Positions 40,555 to 52,664 of a DNA stretch of 64,000 bases are shown piece after piece. The position numbers and the translations under genes were made by a program. Below the pieces are notes generated by a model. That model had not been told where the DNA came from. It did no database searches and saw only the letters and a list, made by a program, of their open reading frames with translations. Position 1 is the first letter of the stretch. Each line of letters begins with the position of its first letter. The stretch is from NCBI RefSeq assembly GCF_963921235.1, contig NC_086097.1:103108001-103172000 (forward strand), in the 5' to 3' direction. This stretch comes from Mobula hypostoma. Its lineage: Eukaryota.

Positions 40555-43500
40555 GGGGACTTCCGGTAGCGCTCATGGAGTGAAGTCGCGTTCTTGACTT
40601 GCTCCATTACCTCTGAGTTTTTTTTTTATGATCAGCCATATTTTAACTAACCATTAAGGCATCGACTTTTACAATACTTTGAAACAAATTGGGCTCTTCG
40701 ATAATTGGATGCGTTTAAGGTCTGCTATGTCTAAAAATGGAAAAAATGGGAAAGACGGCAAACCTCCGGTTAGACCAAAAGGTACCGATTTCCCTCCGAC
40801 TGAACCACCGGTGACTTTGAAAGCTATATCGGATTTAATTCAAAGGGAAATTTCAACCTCTATTACGGAACTGATTCGTTCGGAAATTTCAATTAATTTC
40901 CAGAAAATTGCCGATTTAATCGATAAAATACAATTATCTATTACGGAACATCAGTCGGCTATATCTAATCTTCAAAAATCCACGCAACAAAATGAACTCA
41001 AGGTGGGGAAAATTGAAGAAACAATTACTATAATGAAGAAAAAACTTGAGCTTCTGACCTTTAAAAACTCAGACTTAGAATCCAGAATGCGACAGCAGAA
41101 TCTTCGAATGATTGGCGTGCGTGAAACTGTGGAACCTGACAACCCTATGAAGTTTTTTTTCTCAACTTTTAAAAGATGCATTTCCTACTGTATTTCCTGA
41201 CCAACCACCGTTATTGGATCGGGCTCACAGAGTTCCATCATACTCGTCTAAGTCAGATAAACCTCGACATGTCATCTTACATTTTCATTACTTTCAAGAC
41301 AAGGAGAAACTGTTTCGATTCGTTCGATCTAAAGGTTACATTGATTTTTCGGATCTTAATTTCTGATTCGTGGAGGATTTCAGTAAACCAATTCGGGATC
41401 AACGGGTTCGTTACAGATCTGTGATGTCGGAACTCTACAAGATGGTTTTAAAACCAGCGCTGCTTTACCCAGCACGTCTAAGGATTCGTACGTTGGATGG
41501 AGCCCTCCGTTTTTTTGAATCTCCATTGGATGCCCAGAGTTATCTGGGTCAATTTTCACCTTCAACATCTTAATCGTAATTTTTAACTATCTCTGTTTGA
41601 TCGGAGGTTGTGAATCTGTCGGCCTTAATTTTTTTTTTGCCTTATATGGGCAGAAAAGTTTATTTTTGATTAATTAATATGGCTGCTAAACTTCCTTTCT
41701 ATCTGCGTCATTCCTTTCTTTTTCCCAGGGGATTCTGGGTGGTTATTCCCTCAACATCATTCTACCTATTTCCTTTGAGGCCTTAAATTTTGTAGTTTTT
41801 AAATCTACTTTTTTTGTAGGTTTTCATAGCTAGTTTCTGTTAATATTTTCATTTCTTTTTTTGTTTATTCATAGGGTCTGGGGTTTGTTGCGGTTTTTTT
41901 ATATTTTCTGGCTTTTTCTTTGTTATGTTAAGTGTTTGTTTTAATTGATTTACTTTTTTTATTACTGTTTTATAACTAGCTGATCTTTTTTATATTTACA
42001 CTTTTTTTTAGGGAGCGTCTATCGGAAGTCATGGGGGTAGTTTTAGTGCTTACTTCTTTCTGGCTGGTCTGTTTTAGATTTAGCCTTGGGGTCATGGGGT
42101 GGTGGGTGGGGCTTCACGTTTTAGTTTCTTTCTTCTTGGGCTATGTACACTATTGAAGTATTGGTTGCGTTCTCCTTCCCGGTATCTCTTATTTGTTCTG
42201 TTCCCTTTCTGGGTTTGTGGGTCGAGCCTATCGTCAATCCTCCTTTTTGCGGGTTGACTTTAGGGTTTATGGAGTCTATTATTAATTTTGTCTCCTGGAA
42301 TACTAGTGGTCTTAACCATCCTGTTAAAAGGAAAAAAGTTCCGGAGACTTAAAGCACAAATTCTATTTTTACAAGAGACCCATGTGCGGAGGGGGGACAG
42401 ACTACGTTTTTTTAAATTCTGGAAGGGAAAACAGTTTCATTCGGACTCTAACGCTAAGATTCGAGGCGTCTCTATTTTTATAGACTCCTCAGTTACTTTT
42501 ATACAACATGATATTACCTCTGATCCGAATGATAGATTTCTACTGGTTAGTGGTCTACTATTTAATAAAAAGGTAGTTTTGGTTAATGTTTATGCTCTCA
42601 ATATGGACTATCTGGAATTTTATAAATCATTACTCAATCAGTTTCCGAATTTGAATGAGTTTTCATTGATCTGGGGCGGAGATCTTAATACCTATTTATC
42701 TCCAGCTTTGGACCGTTCGGCTCCTCTACTGACCTTACCTAATAAATCTGCAACTTTGATTAATTCATTCCTCTCTGATTCTGGGTCGACGGACATTTGG
42801 CGTTTTATGCATCCTCAGGAAAAAGATTTTTCTTTTTTTTCACATGTTCACCATTCCTATTCAAGAATTGATTATTTCTTTATTGACTCTCGTCTTATTT
42901 CTTCAGTGATTAAATGTGATTATGACTCTATAACCATTTCGGATCATGCTCCACTTAAGCTTTCTATTAAAATTCAGGCCAATACACAAAATAATAGACA
43001 ATGGCGTTTTAATTCGATGTTGCTTCAGGATTCGGACTTTGTTAAATTTATGAATGAACAGATTGATCTTTTCTTTACAATCAACTACACAGAGGATATT
43101 TCTGTGAACATTCTTTGGGATACTTTTAAAGCTTATATTCGTGGTCAGATTATCTCGTATTCTGCTGCTTTGAGGAAGAAGCTGAAGCAGGAGGAGTTGG
43201 TAATTGTGGGCAAGATTAAGGAAATTGATAAGAAATATGTTACAGCTCCCTCTGAGGAGTTATATAAATAAAGAACTGAACTTCAAATGGAACACAGTTT
43301 ATTACTTTCGTCCTCGATTGTAAACCAATTAAAGAAAACAAGAAGTGAATTTTATGTACACAGTGACAAAATTAGCAAACTGTTGGCTAACCAATTGAAG
43401 TCTAATTATGCTAAATCTCAAATTAATCAGATTTATAATCAAAATGATCGACTGATACTTGATCATGCGGGGATTAATCAAACCTTCTTTGATTTTTATT

Positions 43501-46500
43501 CTTCCTTATATCAATCAGAGTCTCCTCGAGACTCTAAATATATGAATGATTTTTTAGATAACCTAGACTTCCCTGAGATTTCACAGGATATGTCTTCTAT
43601 GCTAGATACTCCCATTACCACTGATGAGATTAAGAATGTTATTTCCTCTATGAACCTGGGGAAAGCTCCTGGCCCTGATGGGTTTACCGCTGAATTTTAT
43701 AAATGTTTTGCACCTTCATTAATCCCTTGGTTCTGTAGGGTTTTCGAGGCTTCATTAAAACCTGGTAAACTTCCCAAATCTTTCAATAGAGCGTCAATCT
43801 CTCTAATATTAAAGAAGGATAAAGATCCTGCTCAATGTGCATCTTATAGACCAATATCTTTATTAAATGTTGATTCTAAAATTTTTTCTAAGTTATTAGC
43901 AAACAGATTAGAAAAATTACTTGCTTTTATTATTTCGGAAGACCAAATGGGTTTTATTAAAGTTACTCTTTTTATAACATTCGCACACTGTTAAATATTG
44001 TTATACCCCCTCACAAAATGTTCCTGAGTGTGTTATCTCTTTATCAAAAGCTTTCTCAGCATCTAGAGTAGAATGGCCTTACTTATTTAAGGTGCTTGAA
44101 ATGTTTAATTTTAGCTCGACGTTTATATCCTGGATCAAACTGTTATATCATTCTCCTGTGGCCTCGGTCCGTACTAACTCTTTAAGCTCACCTTTTTTCC
44201 CTCCTTTTCGAGGTACTCAACAAGGTTGTCCTCTTAGTCCTTTATTATTTGATATTGCATTAGAACCTCTTGCAATTGCCATTCGAGAATCTCCAAATAT
44301 TACTGGGATAACTCGGGGCTTAAAGTCCCATAAAATATCACTCTATGCTGATGACTTACTTTTATATATTTCTAATCCTCAGAAATCCATCCCTGCTGTT
44401 TTAGAGTTATTAGCACAATTTGGTCTTTTTTCAGGTTCTAAATTAAATCTTAGTAAGAGTGAACTTTTCCCGATTAATAAACAACTTCTCTTATATCATA
44501 ACTTACTGTTTAAATTGATTAATAATTATTTTTCATATCTTGGGATTAAAATTACTTGTAAACACAAAGATTTATTTAAGATTAACTTTTTACCCTTAGT
44601 TGACCATATTATTCAACTTTCATCTAAATGGTTTCCTTTATATTTAACTTTGATTGGTCGTATTAATGCAGTTAAGATGTTTTTTCTGCCAAAATTTTTA
44701 TATATATTGCAGGCATTACCGATTTTTGTTCCAAAATCTTTTTTTGATAAAGTTGACTCAAAAATTTCTTCATTTATTTGGCAAAATAAAAACCTGAGAC
44801 TGGGTAAAATACATTTACAGAAAGCTAAGAGAGATGGAGGTTTAGCATTACCTAACTTTAGATTCTATCATTGGGCAATTAATATTCGACATATGAAATT
44901 TTGGTTACTTGACCAGGATATGCTATCCATTCCCAAATGGGTAGCATTGGAATTACAATCTGTTCAGGGCTATACACTTGGCTCTATTTTAGGTTCCTCT
45001 CTTCCTTTTGATTTGAAACGCCTCAAACAGGTATCTAACCCGATAGTTAAATATACCTTACGTATTTGGTTTCAATTCAGAAAATTTTTTGATCTTAACC
45101 AATTTGGGCTAGCGATTCCTATTTTAGGTAACATATTTTTTCCTCCCTCTTTTACGGATCGTGCTTTTCAAATTTGGAAGACTAAGGGTATTTCACGGTT
45201 TTTGGATTTATTTTTAGATGGTTCCCTTATGTCTTTTGAACAATTATCTAATAAATATAATTTATCAAGAATACATTTTTTTTAGATATCTGCAAGTTAG
45301 AAATTTCCTAAGTACTATACTTTCTTCCTTTCCAATACTTCCTCCTACATACATTTTAGATACTATAGTTAACCTTAACCCATGTCAGAAAGGTGCATCG
45401 GCTATGATTTATAATATTATTATGAAACTTAGGAAAGTTCCATTTGATAAGATTAGGGTAGGTTGGGAACAGGAATTAGGTTCTATCATTTCCGTGGATG
45501 ACTGGGGGCAGATTTTACAATTAGTCAATACTTCCTCTATCTGTGCTAAACATTCCCTAATTCAATTTAAAGTTGTTCATAGAGCACATATGTCCAAAGA
45601 TAAATTAGCTCGCTTTTATTCTCATATTAATCCTTTTTGTGATAGATATCCGGGGCAGATAGCCTCTTTAACCCATATGTTTTGGTCTTGTCCTACTCTG
45701 GAAACTTTTTGGAGAGGCATTTTTAATATTATCTCAAAGGTATTGAATATAGATAGCTCTCCGCACCCTATTACTGCTATCTTTGGACTACCTAAAATTT
45801 CCAGTAATCTTTCTCCTTCAGCCCGTAGAATAATTGTATTTCTTACTTTAACGGCGAAAAGATGTATCTCACATCATTGGAAAGAGCTTAATGCTCCAAC
45901 CACCTTTTTTTTGGTTCTCTCAGACGATATTATGCTTGAATTTGGAGAAAATTAGAAGTAATCTTTATGATTCCTCACTTAAATTTGAACATACCTGGAG
46001 ATCTTTTATTCAATATTTTCATTTAATGTAAATTTTTTTTCTCTTTTTTGCTCCATATTTATATACCCTTCTTGTTTTTTTTACTGTTTTTAATGGAGGT
46101 CGGGTTTGAGGACATGATTTTAAGTTCTTTAACTCTACTTGGTTCCAAGTTAGCCCATTGCTTTGCTTTGCTTTTAGTTAGTTGCACGGTGGGTTTTTTT
46201 TGGGGTTTTTTTTTCCTTTTCTCTATTGATATATATATATCTATATATATATATCTATATCTATATATATCTATATATATCTATATCTATATCTATATAT
46301 ATCTATATCTATATCTATATATATAAAAATTAGTATACTATTATGTTACCTTAGTATGTTATGTTTAAATTACATTGTTTGTATCACTTTTTTTCTGTAT
46401 TAATATCTCCTGTAATTTTATTATATTCTAACAGTGTATTAGTGCCTATATGGCTTACCTTTTTGTATACTTATTCAATAAAAAGATTTAAAAAGAAAGA
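40555..46500 (+). mobile_element. Full-length L1-clade LINE, copy 1 (inactive)
   Basis: 16-bp TSD AAAAGACTACAAACTG (40539-40554 / 46501-46516); ORF1 from ATG 40727; ORF2 from about 42269 (SWNT.GL, LQETH, YADD, HMFWSC); AATAAA at 46477; several stops and frameshifts. Confidence 0.96.
46228..46325. repeat. (TA)n/(TCTATA)n compound microsatellite in the L1 3' UTR
   Basis: Longer than the short (TA)n at about 51195-51211 in the sister copy. Confidence 0.9.
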
Positions 46501-46667
46501 AAAAGACTACAAACTGCAAATACAAACAGAAAGAAAATAAATAAATAAATAAGCAATAAATATTGAGAACATGTTATGAAGAGGCCCTGAAAGTGAGTTC
46601 ATAGTTTGTGGGAGCAGTTTAGTGATGTGGCAAGTGAAGTTGAGTGATTAACCCCTCTGGTTCAATT

Positions 46668-47157
46668 GTCTTAAATATGCATAAAGACTTGGCTTCCATA
46701 GCTGTCTGTGGCAAAGAATTCTACAGATTCACCACCCTCTGGCTAAAGAAATTCCTCCTTATCTCTATTCTAAAAAGACAAACCTGTATTCTGAGGCCAT
46801 GTCCTCTGGTCTTAGACTCTCACCAGAGGAAACATCCTCTCCACATCTATGTATCATGGCCTTTCACCTTTCAATCCTGGAATCATTTTCATGAACCTCC
46901 TTTGCACCCCCTCCAGTTTCAGCACATCCGTTCTAAGATGAGGGGCCCAAACAATACTCCTAAATGAGGCCTCACCAGTGCTTTATAAAGTTTCAACATT
47001 ACATCCTTGCTTTTATATTCTAGTCCTCTTGAAATGAATGCTAACACTGTGTTTGCCTTCCTCACCACAGGCTCAACCTGGACACCTTTAGGGAATCCTG
47101 CACAAGGACTACCAAGTCAATTTGCATCTAATTTTTTTTGTATTTTCTCTCCATTTA
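46668..47157 (-). mobile_element. CR1 fragment
   Basis: Reverse complement of the CR1 C-terminal coding region (ttcaccaccctctggctaaagaaattcctc; tgaggcctcaccagtgc). Confidence 0.8.
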
Positions 47158-50100
47158 GGCTATTCTCGATACTAATTTTTTTTTAATCACTGATTTTTTT
47201 TATTGCAACACCAGCAAATTACGTTCAATACAACCAGTTGCCAATTACATTTTGACTATTTAACCCAGCCCCCCCAACTTTCATCACCATCCCCCCTCCA
47301 CCCCTCGTCCTCTTCCCCCGTCCTCTTTCCCCGTCCCCCCCAACCAACTGAATAGTAATACATACACAGACAGAGCATTCCTATTTTAACAGAAGATCTT
47401 TTAAGTTAGATATCAAATTTGTCCGCATTAAGATTGTGTTTGGTTGTGCATCATTTACTCTTGCTGATGATAGTTCCAGGTAAGAAATGTCCAAAAAGCT
47501 CGAAGCCAGTGAGTATTTGAAATACCATGGGGAGGTTTCCAACGCTGAACTACAGTCGTCTTAGCTGCAGTCAGGCCTGCTAGCCAGACTTTGCGTGTTT
47601 TTTCCGTAAGGGAAAGGTGGGAGGCATCATTTAGAAGATGTACAGTGGGGTCCATTGGTAATTGTACCCCCATTAGTTCTGTAAGAGTACTGATAACCTT
47701 CCCCTTCAAATCAAAAACCCCTGGACATTCCCATACAACATGTATAAAAGAGCCAATGGTTCCGTGGGGGCAAAATGAGCAATATGGGTCAGGAACCAGT
47801 CCCATTTGATGTCTAATTCTCAGTGTTAAATATGCTCTCTGACAAAATTTCAAGTGTATATACAGATGATTTGGGTTTTTCAAAGCACCGGCCGCATTAT
47901 CCCAAATTGCATGCCAGTCTAAGTCTTGTCCCAATTCAGATACGTATCTATCCCAGGCTTTCATTCCTGATGTGGGGATATATTTCTGGGAGTTTAATTT
48001 GTCATATATATATGTGTGTGGGTTCACAAGCTGATCTTACGATAAAGTAGAAGAAAAGAGAGTGTTTATCAATATTATATCAAGATACCAGTTCTTGAAA
48101 GCTAAGGATAGTATTAGTGCTGATTCTGACAAATTAACTTTGTATCCTGAAAGAAATACAAATTGCTCCACTGTTTTTAAAACATTTGCCATATAAACTA
48201 GCATGTTGTCTGCGTAAAGTGATATCGAATGTGATGTTGTATCTATTGTAATAGGGGAGATCTGAGGAGACTTTCTAATTAAGTGTGCAACTGATATAGT
48301 AAAAAATAAAGGAGGCAAAGGGTCCCCTTGTTATGTGCCCCGTCCTATGTCAAATCACTCTGAGAAACCTCCTCCCACACATACCTGGGCTGAAAGATTA
48401 GCATACAGTGTTTGAATCATATTGATAAATTTATCGCCAAACTTAAATTCTTTTAGAACTCTCCAAAAATATGGCCATTCAAGATGATTGAATGCTCTTT
48501 CAGCATCCAGAAATAGCAGGCCATAGGCAGGTGGGATTTTATGTGTTGCACTCAGTATGTGTAAGAGGCGGCGAATATTATCAGGTGCAAGACGTTCCCT
48601 GATAAAGCCCGTTTGATCTGGGCTAATTATTTTCCCAACTACTGTCTCATGTCTACTGGCTAAGACTTTGGAAAATATCCTGAGGTTGGCATTTATCAAG
48701 GAGATTGAACGGTAAGTGGCACACTCTAAGGGGTCCTTACCGGGCTTAGGTATAACTGTGATCAGGGCTGTGTTTAGATCTCTATGGAAAGCACCATTTC
48801 CAAAAGCATAATTTAATGTTTCTAACCATGCTGGTCCAAGAATGTCCCAAAGTGCTAGGTAGTTTCACAGGTATGCCATTTATACCTGGCGTACGGCCCT
48901 TATTTGTAGCTTTGACTGCTTTAAGTAGCTCATCCAGTGTAATAGGAGAGTCTAGAGTTTTGGTGTCCTCTAATGACAACGTAGGGAGGTCTAATCCACT
49001 TTTTAAAAAAACTGTAAAGTCATTTTCAGAAGGAACTGAGCCACTTGTGTACAGCTCTTTAAAGTAGTTCTTGAATGTCTCGTTTGTTTCTTCTGTTGAA
49101 GGTACTACTCCATGTTTAGCACATCTAATCGCTGGTATAGACCTTTTAGCTTCCTGTTGTTTGAGTGTTAGTGCCAAAAGATGGCTCGGTCTGCTGCCTT
49201 CTGCATAATACTTATGATTGGTTACATGGATCATATATTCTGCCCTGTTTCTTAATAAATCATTTAATTCTGCTTGCTTTGTTTTGAGCTGATTTTCTTT
49301 TGTTATGGTGTATCTCCTTTTGAGATTATTCTCCAAAACTTTACATTGTTCTAGGGTGGAAATCTTTTGAAGCCGGCTTTTATGTAGGTAGGAACTGAAC
49401 CATATGGCGTTATATCGTAAGAAACCCTTGATGGAGGCCCAGATCACTGTCACATCCGAGACACTATTTAAATTTATAAATTCCATCAGTTTTGTTCTCG
49501 GTTGTGTTAGAAATTTGTCATTTTTTAGAAGGGTGGAGTTAAACCTCCACCTAGTAGCCTTATTTTTAATTTTGTCATAATTAAAAGTAGATATGACTGG
49601 GTTATGATCAGATAGATGTCTGGACAAAAATTCTATTGAGTGTACCAAAGGCAGCAGACCAGAGGATATAAGAATGTAATCTGTCCGAGAGGAAGTTTTA
49701 TGTCTTGTGGAGAAGAACGTATAGTCTTTAGCAGATGGATTATGCACCCTCCACACATCAGGTAAATTTAAATCCGTTAGAAAAAGGTTAAGTGCTTTGG
49801 AAGCAGATTCTTGAGAGCTTGATATAGTTGAGGAAGATTTATCGAGGTTAATGTTTATCAAAGCATTCATGTCCGAACCAACATAAAGTTGATAGTCACT
49901 TAACTTCAGTAATTGTGAGGTAACTGAGGGAAAAAATTCAACCTCGAATATAGTCGGGGCATATAGGCTAATGAATGCAACTTTTTTTTTACCCTGAATG
50001 GATGTACAGCAAAAAGCTAGACGTCCTTTATTGTCAGCACCAGTCCTTTGAATTGATACATTAATACTATATCTCATTAATATCATAACTTTTCATACGA

Positions 50101-51374
50101 GTACCATCAGCTGATGACACAACGGATTTATAAAAGCGGTTTTGAACCCAAGGGATGTCATTAGGTTTAAGATGTGTTTCCTGTAACAGCGCGATATCTA
50201 TTTTCTTTCGGCGTAAGAAATCTAAAACCTTTGAACGCTTGTAGGGAGAGTTTAATCCTCTAATATTAAATGATACAATAGTAAGATTTTCTGATTTATC
50301 TGTGTTGCTCATCTTCCCCTGGATCTATTGTTGTAAGTTGGTGGTGGAGCCCTGAGTTACCCCCTTCCCACCCTCCTCCCATCACCCCTTGCATATAACC
50401 CTTTGCTTTGTAACATCTGTGAGTGTCACTTAGCAATGTCAGACACTGAACAATAACCGCCCCCCCACCCCCAACACCAACAAATTAGAAAGGCAAAGCG
50501 GTTCTCACAGACGATCATATCAAAGAGACAAGAAAAAAAAACCTGGTCAAACCTGTTAACCTATATAATTAAAACCATTCCATCTCAAATATAATATAAC
50601 ACATAATCAAGACCCCAACGGCTGTCTTGCGAGAGACTGTTGCTTTAATAGACCGTCGCTTAGCGATGGCGCCAGTGACATCTTATCTGGAGCCCAGGAA
50701 CGTAAACAAGTCTACAGGAGACATAACCCGAAATGAACATGTACAACTAAAGTTATTCAGAACAAACTGCTGTTTTTCAGCTTCATTCTTGATAAACTAT
50801 GACATTTGGGTGTATTGAATATCACCTTACAATGTAAAAGATAAGTATATTCTAGGCAGACTTGTATCACCTTACCATGTTACCCTTGTATGAGCAAGTT
50901 AACTGAGCCGTTACCTTAAAACTCTGACCTGCAATACTCGGAAACAAATTGGCCCTTAATTAACTAAATACAAAAGTGTATCAAATGACTTTCCAATAAA
51001 AGGATAACCAGAAAACTTTACACCTTTCTTTTTAAATCTTTTTATTGAATAAGTATACAAAAAGGTAAGCCATATAGGCACTAATACACTGTTAGAATAT
51101 AATAAAATTACAGAAGATATTAATACAAAAAAATACTACAAACAATGTAATTTAAACATAACGTACCAAGGTAACATAATAGTATACCAATTTTTATATA
51201 TATATATATATCAATAGAGAAAAGGAAAAAAAAAAACCCCCAAAAAAAACCCACCGTGCAACTAACTAAAAGCAAAGCAAAGCAATGGGCCAACTTGAAA
51301 CCAAATAGAGTTAAAAAACTTAAAATCACGTCCTCAATTCCGACCTCCATTAAAAACAGTAAAAAAAAAGCAAG

Positions 51375-52664
51375 CAACACATATCAAAGTTGCTGGTGAA
51401 CGCAGCAGGCCAGGCAGCATCTATAGGAAGAGGCGCAGTCGACGTTTCAGGCCAAGACCCTTCGTCAGGACTAACTGAAGGAAGAGTGAGTAAGGGATTT
51501 GAAAGCTGGAGGGGGAGATGCAAAATGATAGGAGAAGACAGGAGGGGGAGAGATAGAGCCGAGAGCTGGACAGGTGATAGGCAAAAGGGGATACGAGAGG
51601 ATCATGGGACAGGAGGTCCGGGAAGAAAGACAAGGGGGGGGGGTGACCCAGAGGATGGGCAAGAGGTATATTCAGAGGGACAGAGGGAGAAAAAGGAGAG
51701 TGAGAGAAAGAATGTGTGCATAAAAATGAGTAACAGCTGGGGTACGAGGGGGAGGTGGGGCCTAGCGGAAGTTAGAGAAGTCAATGTTCATGCTAACAGG
51801 TTGGAGGCTACCCAGACGGCATATAAGGTGTTGTTCCTCCAACCTGAGTGTGGCTTCATCCTTACAGTAGAGGAGGCCGTGGATAGACATGTCAGAATGG
51901 GAATGGGATGTGGAATTAAAATGTGTGGCCACTGGGAGATCCTGCTTTCTCTGGCGGACAGAGCGTAGATGTTCAGCAAAGCGGTCTCCCAGTCTGCGTC
52001 GGGTCTCACCAATATATAAAAGGCCACATCGGGAGCACCGGACGCAGTATATCACCCCTGTCGACTCACAGGTGAAGTGATGCCTCACCTGGAAGGACTG
52101 TTTGGGGCCCTGAATGGTGGTAAGGGAGGAAGTGTAAGGGCATGTGTAGCACTTGTTCCGCTTACACGGATAAGTGCCAGGAGGGAGATCAGTGGGGAGG
52201 GATGGGGGGGACGAATGGACAAGGGAGTTGTGTAGGGAGCGATCCCTGCGGAATGCAGAGAGAGGCGGGGAGGGAAAGATGTGCTTAGTGGTGGGATCCC
52301 GTTGGAGGTGGCGGAAGTTATGGAGAATAATATGTTGGACCCGGAGGCTGGTGGGGTGGTAGGTGAGGACCAGGGGAACCCTATTCCTAGTGGGGTGGTG
52401 GGAGGATGGAGTGAGAGCAGATGTACGTGAAATGGGGGAGATGCGTTTAAGAGCAGAGTTGATAGTGGAGGAAGGGAAGCCCCTTTCTTTAAAAAATGAA
52501 GACATCTCCCTCGTCCTAGAATGAAAAGCCTCATCCTGAGAGCAAATGCGGCGGAGACGGAGGAATTGCGAGAAGGGGATGGCATTTTTGCAAGAGACAG
52601 GGTGAGAAGAGGAATAGTCCAGATAGCTGTGAGAGTCAGTAGGCTTATAGTAGACATCAGTGGA
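51375..52664 (-). mobile_element. Young 5'-truncated Penelope-like element in the 3' UTR of L1 copy 2
   Basis: 15-bp TSD TAAAAAAAAAGCAAG (51360-51374 / 52665-52679); open ORF to 51762 with GIY-YIG motif GVIYCVRCSRCGLLYIGET..RFAEH. Confidence 0.95.
51436..51473 (-). ncRNA. Minimal type I hammerhead ribozyme
   Basis: UAGUC-CUGACGA-AGGGUCUUGGCCU-GAAA-C-GUC^GACUG: complete core, stem I UAGUC/GACUG, stem II AGG/CCU, palindromic ACGU in place of stem III. Confidence 0.85.

Noticed and set aside
46048..46326. ORFs with IYIY and (at 62744-62968) SLSH repeats
   Set aside because: Translations of microsatellites
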